Below, piece by piece: positions 24,522 through 40,100 of a stretch of DNA of 64,000 bases. The notes beneath the pieces are model-generated. The model made no database searches and was not told the origin of the DNA. It was given only the letters and a program-made list of their open reading frames with translations. The position numbers and the translations under genes are program-made. The number at the start of each line of letters is the position of its first letter. The first letter of the stretch is position 1. This DNA is from a virus (taxonomy: Duplodnaviria; Caudoviricetes), in the IMG/VR virus record IMGVR_UViG_3300037400_002350, positions 1 to 64,000 of that record; one strand, given 5' to 3'.

Positions 24522-27500
24522 TTATAAGTATGGGTTTTTAAGTTTTCTTTTATTGGATTTAGGTTTGTTATCAGTTTTCTTATCCTTTTCGTCTTTGTCT
24601 AAGTCTTTATTGTACAGATATATACCAACTTCACGTAACCATTGTCTAAACATAGGAGTAGGTATAAGATCTGCATACCACTTTCTGACATTGTCTTGGC
24701 TGACAATATTCCAGTTTTTGCGCATATTTAAATTGTAATCAAGGAAGTCAATATCTTGCATCCACTCTGGTGAATTTTCGGAATTTGAAATACCTTGTAG
24801 TATTAACAATGCGGGCAGCGTGTCTATGTTTAACATGGCCATTGCTTTAGTTATGTCTCGCATACTTCTTTTTTCACCTTTGAACGAGCCATTGGCCAAA
24901 ACTTCATCTGTAGTTTCGTCTTCAATCGTATCGGAAAGTGCAGTAGATAATCTGCCAACAACATTCATAATATACTTGAAATCGTCAAGCATTACGACGC
25001 CGACGGTTAACGATTTGATAAGATCAGAAACAGAAGACAAAAATGCGAAAGTTCCCATCTGTGGGAATCGTTCAGAAACCGAAGACAACAGCGCCATATA
25101 CACAAGAGATTTAAGAATTTTAACAGGGTTGTCGTCTTCATTATCATCGTCACGATACATAGTCATGGCCATTGCTGTAAGAGCAATTGTCAATATCATG
25201 AAATCGGTAACAGCTGCGGCATTTCTAAGCTGATAATATTCACGTTGGCCCATTTTACCCTTGCTAATGTACTTCATTTTTGTGTTACCTGTAAGGTTTA
25301 TTTGTCCAACAATTGACATCATTGATACATATTCCTAACCATTTGCAATAATTGCAGAAAGAAGATTTCTATGTAACCCATAATCAACAGTACCGGTTGC
25401 AAAATTGAATTGTCCGTAATAATCTTTATCGGAAACACCTTTATCTACAATAGCTAGCTGTGTGTCTATTATATTATTAAACGTTTTTGGTGCAACTCCT
25501 GTAGTACCCTGATCTTCATAATTATGGAAATCAACACCTTGTTTATAAAACTCACTGGCTTGTGAAACCATCCATCCTCTAAACGACATAATTACAGCAC
25601 CAACATAGTTTCTAGCAAGTTCGTTTTTGTCTTCTTTATCGAGCATACCGTTTGTTGTTTGAACTAGCTGTTTAATAGTTGTTCTAACTTGAGTTTCGAG
25701 AACCCTAGACCTAGCCAACGGCTCTAATTGTTCAACGTCTCCTTTTTTTATCGTCATCTTGTCAGCTATTGCTATAGAGCTCATTGGGCGAATCAAATCC
25801 AAAAGACTGTGGTCTTTTGCAGTGTTCTTTAACGTTACGTTTTCTCCAATGCGTTCGTCAAAATATGTAAACTCGTCTACTAATTCTGCCGCACCGGTCT
25901 TTTTGTTTTGTCTATAACACATTCGCAAAGTTTGATTTTTTGCGTCATTCCATTTATTATAACCCTGCTCTACATTACCATATGCGTATTCTGCTTGGTT
26001 TTCTGTCATGAATTCGTATTTATTTGTCAATGGGCTATATATCAATCGGTATGCATCAAATACGGCTCCGGTGAGTATTTCTTTTATTTTGTAATCTACA
26101 AATTCGAATTCCAAATTTGCAGTACGGTTTAGAAATCTCCTAAGAGCCCATTTATTCTGTTTTTCAAAACGTTCATGGATAGTATTATTTATACCGAGCA
26201 TCTACATTAACGCCTGTTCCAAGTTACCTGGTCTGCTTCTATTGAATCCTGAAAGTTCACCAAACAATGAAAACTATTTGTTTCGTTTATCATATATGAT
26301 GTTTCCTATTGCATGTACAATATTCTAAGTTAATATAATTTTAGTATTATACGCAGCAGTAAGTAAGTTACAAAAAGAATCCCAACCATTTTTTAATACA
26401 GAGTTCCAGTTGTGTGACATAAGACGTTTGTGCAAAGCAGACCTGAACAATTTACTTAATTTAACCATCTTTGCTTCTGCTTGTGTTATTCGACCTCCTT
26501 CTCCACTACCAGTTAATTCTCTACCATATAATGCACGGTCCATTTCGTTTTTAAGCAATTGTGCTTGATGCTTTGACCCTGCGTCAGACGCTATTGCGAA
26601 TTTACCAGAAAGCTGAAAATGTAATGCCTGCATAACAGGTTCCATCTTCATTCTGTATTTGTACCTCAAAGACTCTTCGTACGAATCTATTACGGAGCTG
26701 ACAAGATCTGTATTTATAAGATTTGGATTTTCGAGTTTGGATATAAATCTATGCGGAATGCTGTTCACTACTGTACCGTCTGCAGTAACATGAATATCGT
26801 TGTTTAATTCTACATCTTTCGCTTTGAATTTATACATATCTGTAAGAGAATACGATATAGCGTCACCAAGCGTTCTTAACCAACTACCTTTAGTTATGAA
26901 AACTCTACCAAACATGTCACTTTTAGATGCTTCCATTTGTGGCATTTGGAACCGGTTTCTTCTAGTCATACCTTTGTAGTTGTCCCAAATCATATCGTTC
27001 AACTACAATAAGTTTTTATAAAACTCGTCCTTCTTTAATTCTTCCCATTCTGCCCTATTATCATAATCTGGGTGTAGCTTGTTAACCTGATAATAACTGT
27101 CAGACGTCGTATCAAAATCTTTATCTGTTACAGAAAGTTGCGATTGTGCATACATCCATATAGGCTTTGTTTCATACAAATCTTCAAGTTTAAGCTTTTT
27201 CTCATTTAAAAATGATTTTTTAACATCTACATAGCTAAGAAGTTTTGCAAAGTTTTTGTTCAAGCTGTTTGCTTTTGAATACTTTATATCTGAACTACGT
27301 AATATATTGTCGTCCAATAACGGTTTTAACCGCTTGTTATAAAAATCTCCACTTTCGACAAGCTTCAACTCACCAGTTTCTTCATCTCTTTTGTATTCAA
27401 ACAAAGGGACCTGCTTATATTCCATTGCCTTTTCCCAAGGAATTTTACCAGTTTTGTCGTATACAATTTTGTCAAGCTGTGGCAATTTTGGATCTCCATT

Positions 27501-30500
27501 TTCTAGATCCTCTATCAATTTATCAAGATGTGTTAAATCTCGCCAAACTTTTCTAACTGTCTACAGATTTGTATACACTCCATTTTGCTAACTCCAATCT
27601 CCCAACAAAGTAAGATCTGGAATTCCGCGAGGTGTGTTTTGAGACAGATATGATTTGACAGCTCTTCGGACTTGTAACAAGCTTAAATATTCTACGACCC
27701 TAGGATCCGATGTGTCATATACGATTTTATCACGTTGTGTAAATTTCTCTAGCACTTCATGCTTTAATCCTTCTGTTTGTGAAAACCTCAAAAAGTCGTT
27801 ATATTCTTTCTATAAAATATTTGCCGCATCGTCGTTATTACTATCTCGTAGCTTCTAAATTCTGTCCAAATACCATTGTTTTACTGCATCATGTACTTCG
27901 TAAGTTGGTTGTACATTTTGGTCATAATAACTACGTTTCTTTTCTTCCCAGAGAGCAAAACGCTATATTAAACGTAAACCTTGATTATCTTTATTTGTTT
28001 CTTTATATTTCGGCTTGACTTCTAATATGTTTGTCATATTATCATCAAACCTTATATAATATGGACTTGATAATCGTTTTTTGTATTCCAACAGCAATTT
28101 TAGTTGTATTTGTCTTTCAGGAGAAAGTTTAGATGGAATAGGTACTGATACAGTTTTCCCATTTATTTCTAAATCTTGTTTACAATCTTTATACAGTTCA
28201 TTAAGTCGTGCATTTGTGTCAGCTAATATTCTCGTACCTTCTCTACCTAAAATCGTAGTTTTATCTATATAATATCTATACGTGTAACGTCTATGAACTC
28301 TCGGCACAGCGTCTTTTGTTAAAACAAACGTTCCATCTTTGTCCTCTGTGGCTCCAGCCATCCATAACGTAAGAAGAATATTATAGGCTTGCCATTTATC
28401 CAACTGCCCACTCTTTCCCACATTACACACATCATATTCATGTGTTCCTGTTTCGTCTTTATATTTGCATTTGTAAACGGTTTCGTCACCATCCATCCAC
28501 ACATATGCACCATCATTGTCCCCACGTTTTCCAGGAAGCCTTTCTATCTTATATTTTTCAGTTAGTTTTTTGGTTATCTTTTGATAATCCTGGTCATACT
28601 AACCCTACTTAGTGTCACTTTTAAAGTATGCAGAAAAAGTACCATCTGCGTTTCGTTCTGCATATTTGTTCATAGGGTTAAAAAACGACCTACTCCAAAA
28701 ACTTCTTTGTTGTACTCTAAGACTTTCTATTAATGCACCCGCTTTACCAGCCTCATCCATACACAATGTTTCTATTTCTGCTAATCTTTGATGTGCAGCA
28801 CGTATTACTGGAGAGTTACTAGTTCTAGCAGAGTATATGTACTTATCAAATATACCAAGATGTCCGTTTTCTATTTGATTTTTAAACCATTTTTGCATAT
28901 TACTTCTAAGCCTTTCGTACTATTCTGGGTTTATTGATTTTTTTGCAGTCTCTTTTAAAAACTCATCATTGTATTTTTCTGTATACAAATCGAGCATTTG
29001 ATCAAACTCGTTTTTTGCTACGTCTATTTCTTTCTATACTATTGCCAGTAATTGATGATTTAGCGAGTCTCCAGATGGATCGAATTTGTCAAACATGTAT
29101 GCTATACTTTTTATACCCCTGTTAACAGTTTCTGTATAAGCACCAAGAACATCCACTTTCATCCTCATCAATTGTCCAATGTTTACTTGATCCAATTTAC
29201 CAGCATTTAACAAATCTTTAGAGTCGTATATTAGTTTTTTGGTTTTTACAAGATCGTGTTGTGCAGCACGTATATACTACACTAAAAATCTACGTATATA
29301 TTCACGTTCGTTTTCACCAGATTGTTGTTTTTCGTTGATAGCCTCTTCACATAATGTTTTCAGCGTGTCCAATTGTTCTAGTTGGTCTTTAGTAGTACTA
29401 CCAAGAGCAGCACGAGATTCTGCAGAAACTTTCTAACTTTTTATACTTTTTAAAAGTCCGTGTAATATCATATCTACAGAGTCTCCACGTAGTTCAAATA
29501 GTGTAGATCCTAACAGACCATCTTTAGACATACTAAGATCCTGATTTACCGCGAACGCCATCATAATCTCTCTAACGGTTTTATGATATTCGTTACTGGT
29601 CTATATGCTAGACATCCATCTCCAACGCAATTTATCAACACTAGTATTGATCAGATATTGAACACCTATGGACGACAATGCAGCCAATAGTAATCCCATT
29701 TGTGGAAACGCAACATTTAAAGCAACTGTTCCGGCAACAGCGACAGTACTGTATGGAACTGCTTCCAAAGCTTTCCACACTTTGCTTGCATTTTTAGCAA
29801 GATCCCAGCCTTTAGGTCTAACAAAACCCCTTACAAACTGTGTAAGTATCATTCCTAGATTTTGAAAAAAATTGTGGAATGCCCAAACAATTCTATCGCT
29901 TTTTGTTGTGAATTTATACTAGGAGTCAAACTGATAAAAAGCGCGATCAAACTCCTTCTTCAATTCCTAAACAGCCTCATTTATACTAGCATCAGTATAT
30001 ATTCCGTTTTCGTTTTTCTTCAGCAGTCCAGTGTACTCCAAAGCTTTAACAAACAGATCAGATTTCCTATATATATCTATCCATGTGTCAAAAGCCTGTT
30101 TTGTCATCATCCTATCACTTCCACCGCGCAACATATTCTTTATCATGTCCATTATAACTGGACCCATATACGGATCTTTTGCACGTGTTTTCATAGTGTT
30201 GATGAGCATACAGCGCCATTCACAAATTTCGTATGGCGTTATCTATGGGATGTTTTTTGTAGCATCGTTGCTCACCTATTTCCACCAGGCTTTTTTTTCT
30301 GCGTCTGTTGGTTTTTTGATAGGGTTTGTTACAGTGCCAGACTCATTAAATTGTAACCCCCAAACATTAGCAAGACGCTTACATGTAGAGTTTACGAGTT
30401 CATCAAGTTTGTCTTCATTATACTGTCTAGTAAGGTCACGTCTTTTTATTATTTTTTCTACTTCCGATAAAAGAGGTTCTCCATCTTTTTCACGTCGTTC

Positions 30501-31103
30501 GTTTTCTTTACGTTCATATTCCTACATTTGTTTTCCAACGACGATGTCGCGGTCTTTGCTTATTGTCATAGCTAGTCCGTTTTCATCAAATCCAGGATGG
30601 TGAGAATCAATCTCTTTATCGCTGAATATTTGGCTATATAAACAATCTTGGAACCATAAGTTTATTCTACGTAATTCTGATGAACTTATATTCGGAAGAA
30701 GTTGTTTTATATGATTATCAAAATCTGTTTTTAATGAACCACCATCATACAACTGTTTTAAAGATTCAAAAGTTGGTTCTGGTTTTCCTTCTTCTTCCCA
30801 ATAACCATATTGCTGCTTAAACTCATCAGTATATATATAACTTTTAGCAACCGCAGCTTCATTATCGTTACCGTATATTTCTTTTAACGCCATGTACAAA
30901 TCCGAAGGATTGCCATCTGGGTCTTTCTCTGGCGGATTATGCATGTTGTGTGCCAACATATGAAACGCAAACGGTCTATATAATTCCACCAAAGAATCGT
31001 CTGTTACATTTTTTCCTTTTTCGACGTCATACCGTGTGGCCAGCTTTTGAGAAAGCTGATCCACACGATGCTCGTCTTCTTTTTTGTCTAAAAAACAAGT
31101 CAT
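24522..31103 (-). CDS. Large virion ejection protein, ~2,193 aa (TAG=Gln)
   Basis: Ten track fragments share one frame; the junctions inspected are TAG; starts MTCF, ends TAA; follows the RNAP gene as in crAss-like phages. Confidence 0.8.
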
Positions 31104-31116
31104 ATGTCATTAGTTT

Positions 31117-34100
31117 TTATTGTCCATCACAGTCATCTTTTTCTTCTTTACCTTGTTTTGCACGTTTAACTAGATCTACTGCAATTTTAATATTATTAGT
31201 AAGTTCACCTGTCTAATCGCCATCTACAAAAATAGTTCTCGTGTCAGAAGCGACAAGTACCTGAAAATCACGATCTGCAATATTTGAAAATATTGTTTTT
31301 GCTATTATTTCAGAATCACTATTATTCGAGTTAACGCCGTTAAAGAATTTCATATCAGCTAACTGATTTAATATTTTAGATATGGCCCTCTAAACAGCAT
31401 TTCTTCTAACGTCTTCTGTAGTCAGATCTACTTGCGCACTACCAACGGAACTTACTTTCTGCCATATCGGGAGAACAACGTTGTCTTCTACAGTGTGTTC
31501 ACCCCATCTAGCAAATTGACCAGTTTCCGGTGATACATACTTATAAAGGTTTTTCAAAAGATGTTCGCCACCTTTGGTGGTTTTGTTATATATAGAAACT
31601 TTTCCGTCAATTGGCACTAATTTTAGTATAGCTTGCATTAATGCTGTTTTTTGTGCATCTGTAAGCGGTACTTCTGCATATTTAGTATTGTCTTCCATTA
31701 CTGGATGATACGTTTTAAAATGTATAGAGTACTCTTTATTATACACATCATTTCCGGTTTTTATCTTTTCATCCAGATCCAATCTAGCATTAATTTCAAA
31801 GAATCCTTTTGTTTTGCTATGAGGCAAAGAAACAGTTATAGTAGGATTATAAAAATTCAACGTCTGTTTCTATCCAGAATCGTCTTCGTATTCTATAGAA
31901 GAATGTTTTTTGTAGAATTCTAGATGTATTGTTTCATCGTTTTGCGAATTTAACAACCGTGCCCTTTCTATATTTTCCTTCAGCTATTCGCCAAAGGCTG
32001 ACGATTCTCCAAAAGCCTGTACGAACGCAGTAGCATTTGCAATAGGCGTGTATACGCCATTTGTCAATTCTCCTAAACGTAACCATTTAGATTCGTAAGA
32101 AAGATTGTATCCGCTCTTCTGGTGTATTTGTCTACTATATTCATCTACGCCTTCATATTCGTTGTTAGAATTGACTAAATCCTGCAACATCTTCTGCATT
32201 CTACCTTCTCCTTCAAAGTATGGAATGATTACTTGTTCACCTATTGTAGCCCAATTTGATAACATAAAATTAAGAAGTTCACCAGGAGTAAGATAAGCAT
32301 AATTCTACAGATAACTTTCACGAATATTCCCTAACTTTGCATAATCGTTTTCAAAAACTCTTGCAAAATAGTAGTTTACGGTCGGTGTAGAACCTATTCC
32401 CATACTATATATGTGCTATCCTTCGGAATACACACCACCACTGGTCTTTATCAACGTATATACAGGATATTGTACTTCATGACCATCACTAGTTTTTCTT
32501 GTAGCAAGATTGAAAAATTTATACAATGCATATGCTCCTTCTCCAGTACCACTTTGTGGTATTTTGAAATATTTCGGATAATACTGCTCATCGAAGAACA
32601 ACGAATCGTTATAATTATGAATCGCTCCAACTAATGGTGAAATCTTGACCAATCCTTCTGGATAAAGCAATCTTGAATATTCGTCAAACGTTAATTGTCT
32701 CACAATATTGTCATTGCTGATAAAAGAAGAAGCCATTTCGTCCAATTCTGCATCAGTAAATACTATTGCAGAATCATCCTGTAGTTTATTGATCAAATTA
32801 CGCGTATAATCGGCAAACGTTTCTACATCACTGTATTTTAACGCATCGCATTCTCCAGTTATCCAACTGTATGGAAGGTATTTAAACAGGTCATAACCAG
32901 TACCATTCGCTGCAGAAGTCATAAATGCATATACAACAAGTTGTTCTGCAAATTCTGAAAGTTCTGGGTCGTTTAATAACTGTTCCCACGCCAATTGCAT
33001 ATCAGGAGTTTTAATAGAGTTATCAACTATGTTTTGAGCTTTTATGAATTGGGCATTTGTCCAATCGTCAAGCGCCAATTTAACCTGATCGTCAGCATCT
33101 ACGCTCTCTATTGATTTTTTACTGATTATGGATAAAGGATCTGCAACAGTGTGCGGTACAAGATTATTCAACAGGTAATTATTACACCTACCATTTGAAT
33201 CTCTTACGCTCCAATACTTAGAACTATTGACATTTGCAAGTTCGTTCTAAATAGACTGAAGCTGTTCAAATATAGATGGCGTTAAATTGTCACCAAGTAA
33301 CAATGCTCTTGGGTTGATACCTCTACGTTCACAATAACAGCCTAATCCATCAAAGAAATAACTAGATCTCAATTTAGCAATTATCATGTCGGACACATCG
33401 GACATAAACCCTTCATCTCTTCTAGGCGAATTTAAATATTCGACAACACTATTTAAAGTTTTTCTAAAACCAGGTGTTGCTTCCAATACCTGTGTTGACA
33501 AAAATTTAGTAGTAGTATTTATTGCCAATTCTGTTTTGTGCTAAATAAAACTACTTTCTAACATTTTATCTACATTTTTAAATGCGTCACTAGCTTTCAG
33601 TTTAAACATTTTATCGAGGTACGCCTATTGCTGCGAGACTGTTTTTCCGTGTTTTTTAGTATCAATCTTAGTGTACTGTACCAAATCCGAAAGAGACCTT
33701 GCTTTTTCCTACAACTATAGGTTTGCTATTGCAACAAGAGCTTGTAGATCTTCATACTGTATTTTTTGTGCTAACCCTATATCATAATATTTGCCGATCA
33801 GCATCTGTTCATCTGTAGTAGCAAATAGTTTGAGTACGTTAACACTACCGATATTGTTCATCATATTTCTTATAGCCGTAGACATATTAACGCCATATCG
33901 ACCTTCGAAATAGGTGCCATATTGTTCACGTGCACTTACAATGGTACGTATTTTTGAAGCGTCTGCAAGTTTGTGTTCGATGTTTAGTTTGTTGTATTCC
34001 TAAATACGAGATCTGAGATATTCCGTTATAAACGCATTTATTTTATCGTTTGTTCTACGATATTTTGGAATTCCTTCTTTTTGGTTGTAAACACCAGCAG

Positions 34101-37100
34101 CTTCATCGTAAGCACTATATATGTCTTCCATGATCGGTTGTGTAAGGAAATACAAAGTGTCTTTTCCAAAACCGGTACGAACAAGTAATGCCGTAAGATT
34201 GTAGCTGTATTCGTTAATACCCAAATAAGTAACAATTGGGTCCTTAACACCATCCACATGGATAGTGATAAGTCCAGAAATCCACGACGAAATTGAATAA
34301 CCGTTTTTGTCGGTACGTTCATGCAAACTGAGCAGATTTAAGTCTTTTAAGATACCTTCGCTATCTGCAAATTCTACATCGTATAACAACGTAAACACAT
34401 AGTTATTGTTATTTAATGCGAACGGTCCGATACCTTGTTTGAATGTAGAAAACTAACGTTTTGCTCTAACTGCTGTTCTCAACGCAGTGTGATCAAAAGG
34501 CATTGGTTTTTGTGCACCGTGTTTAAACCTAATCTCGTCTGCCACTTCCGAAAACATATTCTTGTCAACATCAATAGAACCCTGTAACTGCAACATGTTT
34601 TTATCATTTGTTGTCAACAATGCTATTTGTAAATCCAAAAGTCTGTTACAGTAGTATTCTTTAGCGTTGGTATTTGAATCAAATTGTTTAGTCAAATGTG
34701 AATAATTCCACAGTTTTTCTAATTCAATAAGAGGTTTTGAAAGTTGATTAACTCGCTCATTGTCTCCATTTTCTTCTGCTTCTTTGTATTCTTTACGCAA
34801 ATCTTCTTCTGTCTAATATTTACCATCTTCGAAAGTAGAGAGAATTTCATCCATTTTCGATTTTATGTCTTCTGGCAAACGAGAATTATAGAAAAACGTG
34901 CTCAAAAAGAATTTATCGATATCGAAGTCAGAACCTGTGATTGCTGTGATATCGTTTGGCATTATTATGGTGTCTCGAACAGCGACTACCACATCTACGC
35001 ACCTCATTGCGTGTATTGATGATGGTGCCTGTGTTGGTATACGATAACCAATAATGTTAGTTCTTGCATTATGCCACCACTTTCCATCGACCAATTTGCA
35101 TTCTTCAGGTGGAAATCCTACGTCTGTGCCTTCTTCCCGTATATCACTTTCTTTTATAAAACCACTAATTATACCGTTTTTTATCAACCACGCCTTTTTT
35201 GCCTCATGTGTCTGGTTTTTAAGACGAGGTGGAAAAAGATAATTAAAGAAGTCAATAGACAGTACAACATCCATAGATCCTATTTCATTCACAGCCTCCA
35301 ATTGAGCACCATGGTACAGTGTATAACCCCATTCTTTTTGCTTAAATTTAGCGCCAAGCGCTGCACTCATAGTACCTTCCATAGCCCAAGCAGGTCGCTG
35401 ATAAAAAGCCTATCCTGGAGTATTTACGTCGATAATATCCTTATTTATATCAGATACCACAATACTTTGAATCCATTCTGTGCTAGGTAAAGCAGCAAGC
35501 GGTAATTTTATTCTTTTTTTACCGTCTTTGAGTTCTTCTACACTGAGATATTTTCGTAGTTGGTCATTCGCACCACGATCTTCAATTTGCTTACTTAAGA
35601 TTTTTAAGAATTTTTCTACATCTAACTCACCTTTTTTGTAAAATTTCTAATCGTGTTTGAGTTTTCCAGCGTCTGCGATCTTTTTGTAACAGTCCATTAT
35701 TTCGTCACGAATGTCTGTCGCGTCTAACTCTTTTCCATCTACCGTATATTTTTGTCCAGCATGTAACAACAACATTACAACCTTCTGATACTGTGAACCA
35801 AGAGTCATTTCGACGTTGTCCTTTGGATCAGTATTGAACTGTTTTCTAAGTTGTTTTAATGACTGTTTATATGTAGTAAACTTAAACTTATCATAAGAGC
35901 CTGGATCTTCATCCCACTGTTTAAACGTGTTACTGTTACAGTCTACTGCACCCTTTTTTCTAACTCTACCACCAACTTTTATTCCAGAGTTCGTTTTTAA
36001 CACGTCAACTTTCTCTTCTTTCATTTTTTGAATGACTGCTTTCATATGGCCAGTAGCCATAGAATCAAATACTATAAAATACGCAGTTTTATCAAAATAT
36101 TGTTCGTTTCTAATATAATCTTTTCCTTTATATTTACAACGTACAGGACGTGTTCCAAATGCAGTATATTTTTGTGTGCCAATCATGGCATTATATATGA
36201 TATTATAAGCCTCTGTAGCATTCATTCCAATACCACGAATTTGCTATTCGGTTATAGGCTTTTTTTCATAATCACCAAGACTTCTTAATATCTAAAATGC
36301 CTCCGCTATCTCATCGTCCCACTTACCTATAGCACGCAACAGCATTTCATAAAACTTGTCACTTATGAATGTGGCACCGTCTGTAGTATTAACGTTCTCC
36401 AATGCAGAAACATTCTGTTGTGCATTTTTCTGTATAGATTGTATAAGACCGTTTACATTCCTTTCTATCTGTTGTTCTATTTCTTCGAGTCGATCCGATT
36501 TATAACCAGCATCCAAATATAATTTGTACTATTGGTCTTTATATAATTTCTTTAACTCTTTTTCTAGTTTTTCGACATCTCCTCCAAACGAATTTATTTT
36601 ATCGACAATTGCCTATACTTCAACAGCATAACGTTTTTGATTATCTACAGTAATTGGTACAGATTTGCCATCAACTGTATGCATGGCATACATTTGTTGC
36701 GCAACTCTTTTGCGCAGATCTTGTATATAAGCATCTTTTTTGAATGGTTCAAAAATCCCTGCCTATAATTTAGTATCGGTCATTTCAGCGCAAGTATACC
36801 AGATATCTGGAAATATGTCGAGTATATTATGAGAACCAGTTGACACAAGACCTCCGAGTCGTTTGAAATAGTCATCAGTTGTATTTACCAAATCTCCATC
36901 TCTGTCAAATTTCCAAGCATAGTAACACAGATTTCCTGAGAACATTCTCAAAAATTCTTGATGTGACATTTGTGATTTTGCAACCATGTCAGCAACATAC
37001 ATTATCGTAGCATCAGAATCAAGCTGTGCGTCATCTTCTTTGACGGATACTGCATTATAAATCTACCAAGGTGCTGGATCTTCAGAATCGCTGTCAATCT

Positions 37101-40100
37101 TTATTGTTCTTTTATCTGGTTGTTTGTCAAGTTCGTTTCTAGCATCTATAACCTTTTTGAGTCTTCTTACCTTTTTTATATCCAAACCGTTGTTTTTAAC
37201 AATCATAGTATCCTTATCTAAGGACAGTAATCGTATACTATCTAGATACTCTAGTTCTTTTTGCAACTGATAAGAAAGCAATCGATTCATCAGCTCACGT
37301 TTTCTTTCTAAAGATTGACTAAAAAACAGTTCGTTTGCTTTATTCAGATTTTCTTGTTCAACAGCCCCGATTATGTTAATAGTGTCGTCATTACCTTTTA
37401 TATTTACAAAACTAACAAAGTTACCGTCATCATCGATTATGCCGGTGAAAGTAGAAAGCATTGCGCCCTGTATAAGCCCCTCTTTTTTAAACTATTTGTC
37501 TACACTTTCAATGTAAGCACTATCAAAATTGTTAATCAACTCTGAGTCGTGTTTTCCGTTTTTAAAATAATCCTTATAATGCTATAACTGATAAACAGCG
37601 GAATCGTATTCACATTGTGCGTATTGTATAAACTAGTCAATAACAGAATCGTCAAACTTATAATTCAGCTTCAACAATTTTTCTTCAGGTGTAGCAGTGA
37701 TACGATGCGTTCCAAGTTTTAGTTGATCTATTAATTTTAAAATCGCTTTCTGGTTTCTATCGTGAGTGTCAACACTATCGTCTACCGCCCAATCTATGCC
37801 GAATGCACCAAATTCACTTGGCATGTGAACAGCACCCCATGTGGTTTTATCTGAATTTGGTTCCATTATGATGTCGTTATGTGCTAAAAGTCCAAATTTT
37901 GTAACAACGTCATCTTGTTCTGAGAACTCTAGATATTCCACACCTCTACTACCGCGTTCGTCTGTTTTGAGTCCTGGTACAGGGTTGAACTTTATCTGAT
38001 CAAAACGACTTTTTAATTCAATCCAAGCCTTATATACTTCATTTGCACGCTCAGCCTCTGTCTGATTTGTACGCCTTGTATCAATAGCCCTTTTATACTT
38101 ATCGATAGAAGACTTAAGATACGATAATGCCCTAGAACCAGAAAAAGACTTTCCTGTTTTTGTCCTATAATAAGGGTCTGCTAACAAATTATCGAGGGTG
38201 TCAGAATTAAGATCTTTCAAATCGTCCAAGATATCTGTTATTGGGTTATGCTCGCTCATAGCATATACTCGTTTTCCCTATATAGTCAAATACGATAACT
38301 GAATTTCTGCAGACGATCTTCTGAATTTGGCCGTAGCTAATGTATCTAGCATTGAGTTATAGTTAGTCTTATCTCCTTTTTGGTATGACCATATATTACG
38401 ATAACTGGAATATTGGAAAGTGCTTCTACCGTCTCCAACTGAATTTATGATACTGCCAACTTTTTTTCGGATCGTTGTTAGACCGATACCTTGCCGTCCA
38501 GAAAAGAACGACTTCACTGCTGATGTGTCAACACTTCCATAAACGTCTTGCAGATAAAAGTCAATATCTTCAACTTCAATGGTTATTCCAAGTGCGTTTA
38601 ATGCCCCAATAAGAGCTTTTTTAAGTGCTTGTAATTGAACATGGTCGTTTACATCAATATCGTCAAATTTCCACTACTTTTTTTCATATACTGGGTTTCC
38701 ATTTTCGTATAATATATCCAATTTACCGCCATTGTCCTTATTCTTATATGTTTTCAATAGCTTTTCTGTAAGAACGAAGGTTTCCCATCCTTTCTTTACG
38801 TCAGAACTAGGAGAAAACAATTTTAAGATTGCAGAAAGTACAGTATGAACATCTTTTAGTTTTTTTAGCTAGCTGTCAGTAACATACAAATCTCCGTTTT
38901 GTTTACGACCAATAACGTCTAATTTACCAGAGTTGAACGCAGATGACCATTGTTTCTTTATATCGCGGACTTGATACTCCATACTGGCTTCCATAATTCT
39001 GACTGCACCAAAATATTCAGAATCCTTGCGTGTCTGGTAACTTTGTGCAACATACGGTACGTTTTTTGCCAAACATACACTTTGTGCAATGTCTACAGCC
39101 AGTCCTGCAGCATTGTTATCTTTTATGGCACCAAGTCGCTGGTCATCTCTTAAGTAGTTTTCACCGAAGGCCTTTTTCAACATCTTCTCGTAGTTTTCCC
39201 AAACTTTAACGAACCTCTAATCGACCTAACTTAACAATTTTAGCCTATCTCGTAGTTGTACAATAGTTCTACAATCGTGCACTTTATTAAGTACCATCGC
39301 CCATGCTTCTTTGAAGTCCATATACTACGGAAGTCCAGCTTCATTTGTTTTTTGAACACTTGCTATACGAACCTGACCTTCTGGGGTAATATACGATTCT
39401 GGGCGCATATCAGGTATTCTAGCAAAGAAAAACTTGACACGTGCAGATGCCCTAACTATTGGTTCAAACTCATTAGATTGTGCGTCGTATGTACGGTATT
39501 CTATCGGAGATGCTGCAATGCGTACTTCTTCACCAAGCTCATCAGCTACAACTGGCTCTTGTTCTTGTACTTTTTGAATTTGGCTATGTTTTCCTTTTTT
39601 GGTAAATTTTGTTTCTAACTTTTTCTGTTGTGCACTAAACTCTCCAAGCTTGCGGAGAATGTCGTCCAATACACGCTCAAGATTGTCGTTTACTTTTACA
39701 ACCTTCTTGTCCTTTACACCTAATCCAAGTGCTTCTGACAACTTCTGTCGTGCTTCTTTTGTGTATCTACCATCTCTAAGAATACCATTGCTACCAATAA
39801 ACAATTTAGAACGCCTTATCATATCTGCAGTAAGGTGTATATTTTTTAAATCTTTACCGGTTGGGTCAAGAACTTGATCATACTGAGGATAAAACTATGG
39901 GTCTAATAGCTGTGAAACAATTGTCTACAATACAGCTTGATATTCGTTGTTATTTTTGATGTATTCAAAGTTAATTCCGTTTGCACTAAATGTAGAATAC
40001 AAAACGCCGTCGGTATTTTTTGTGAGTTCACGCCACCTTTGTCTTGCTTCTTCTGTTATTTTTGCATTAGCATATTTTCCAGCAGCTGCATTTTTATACA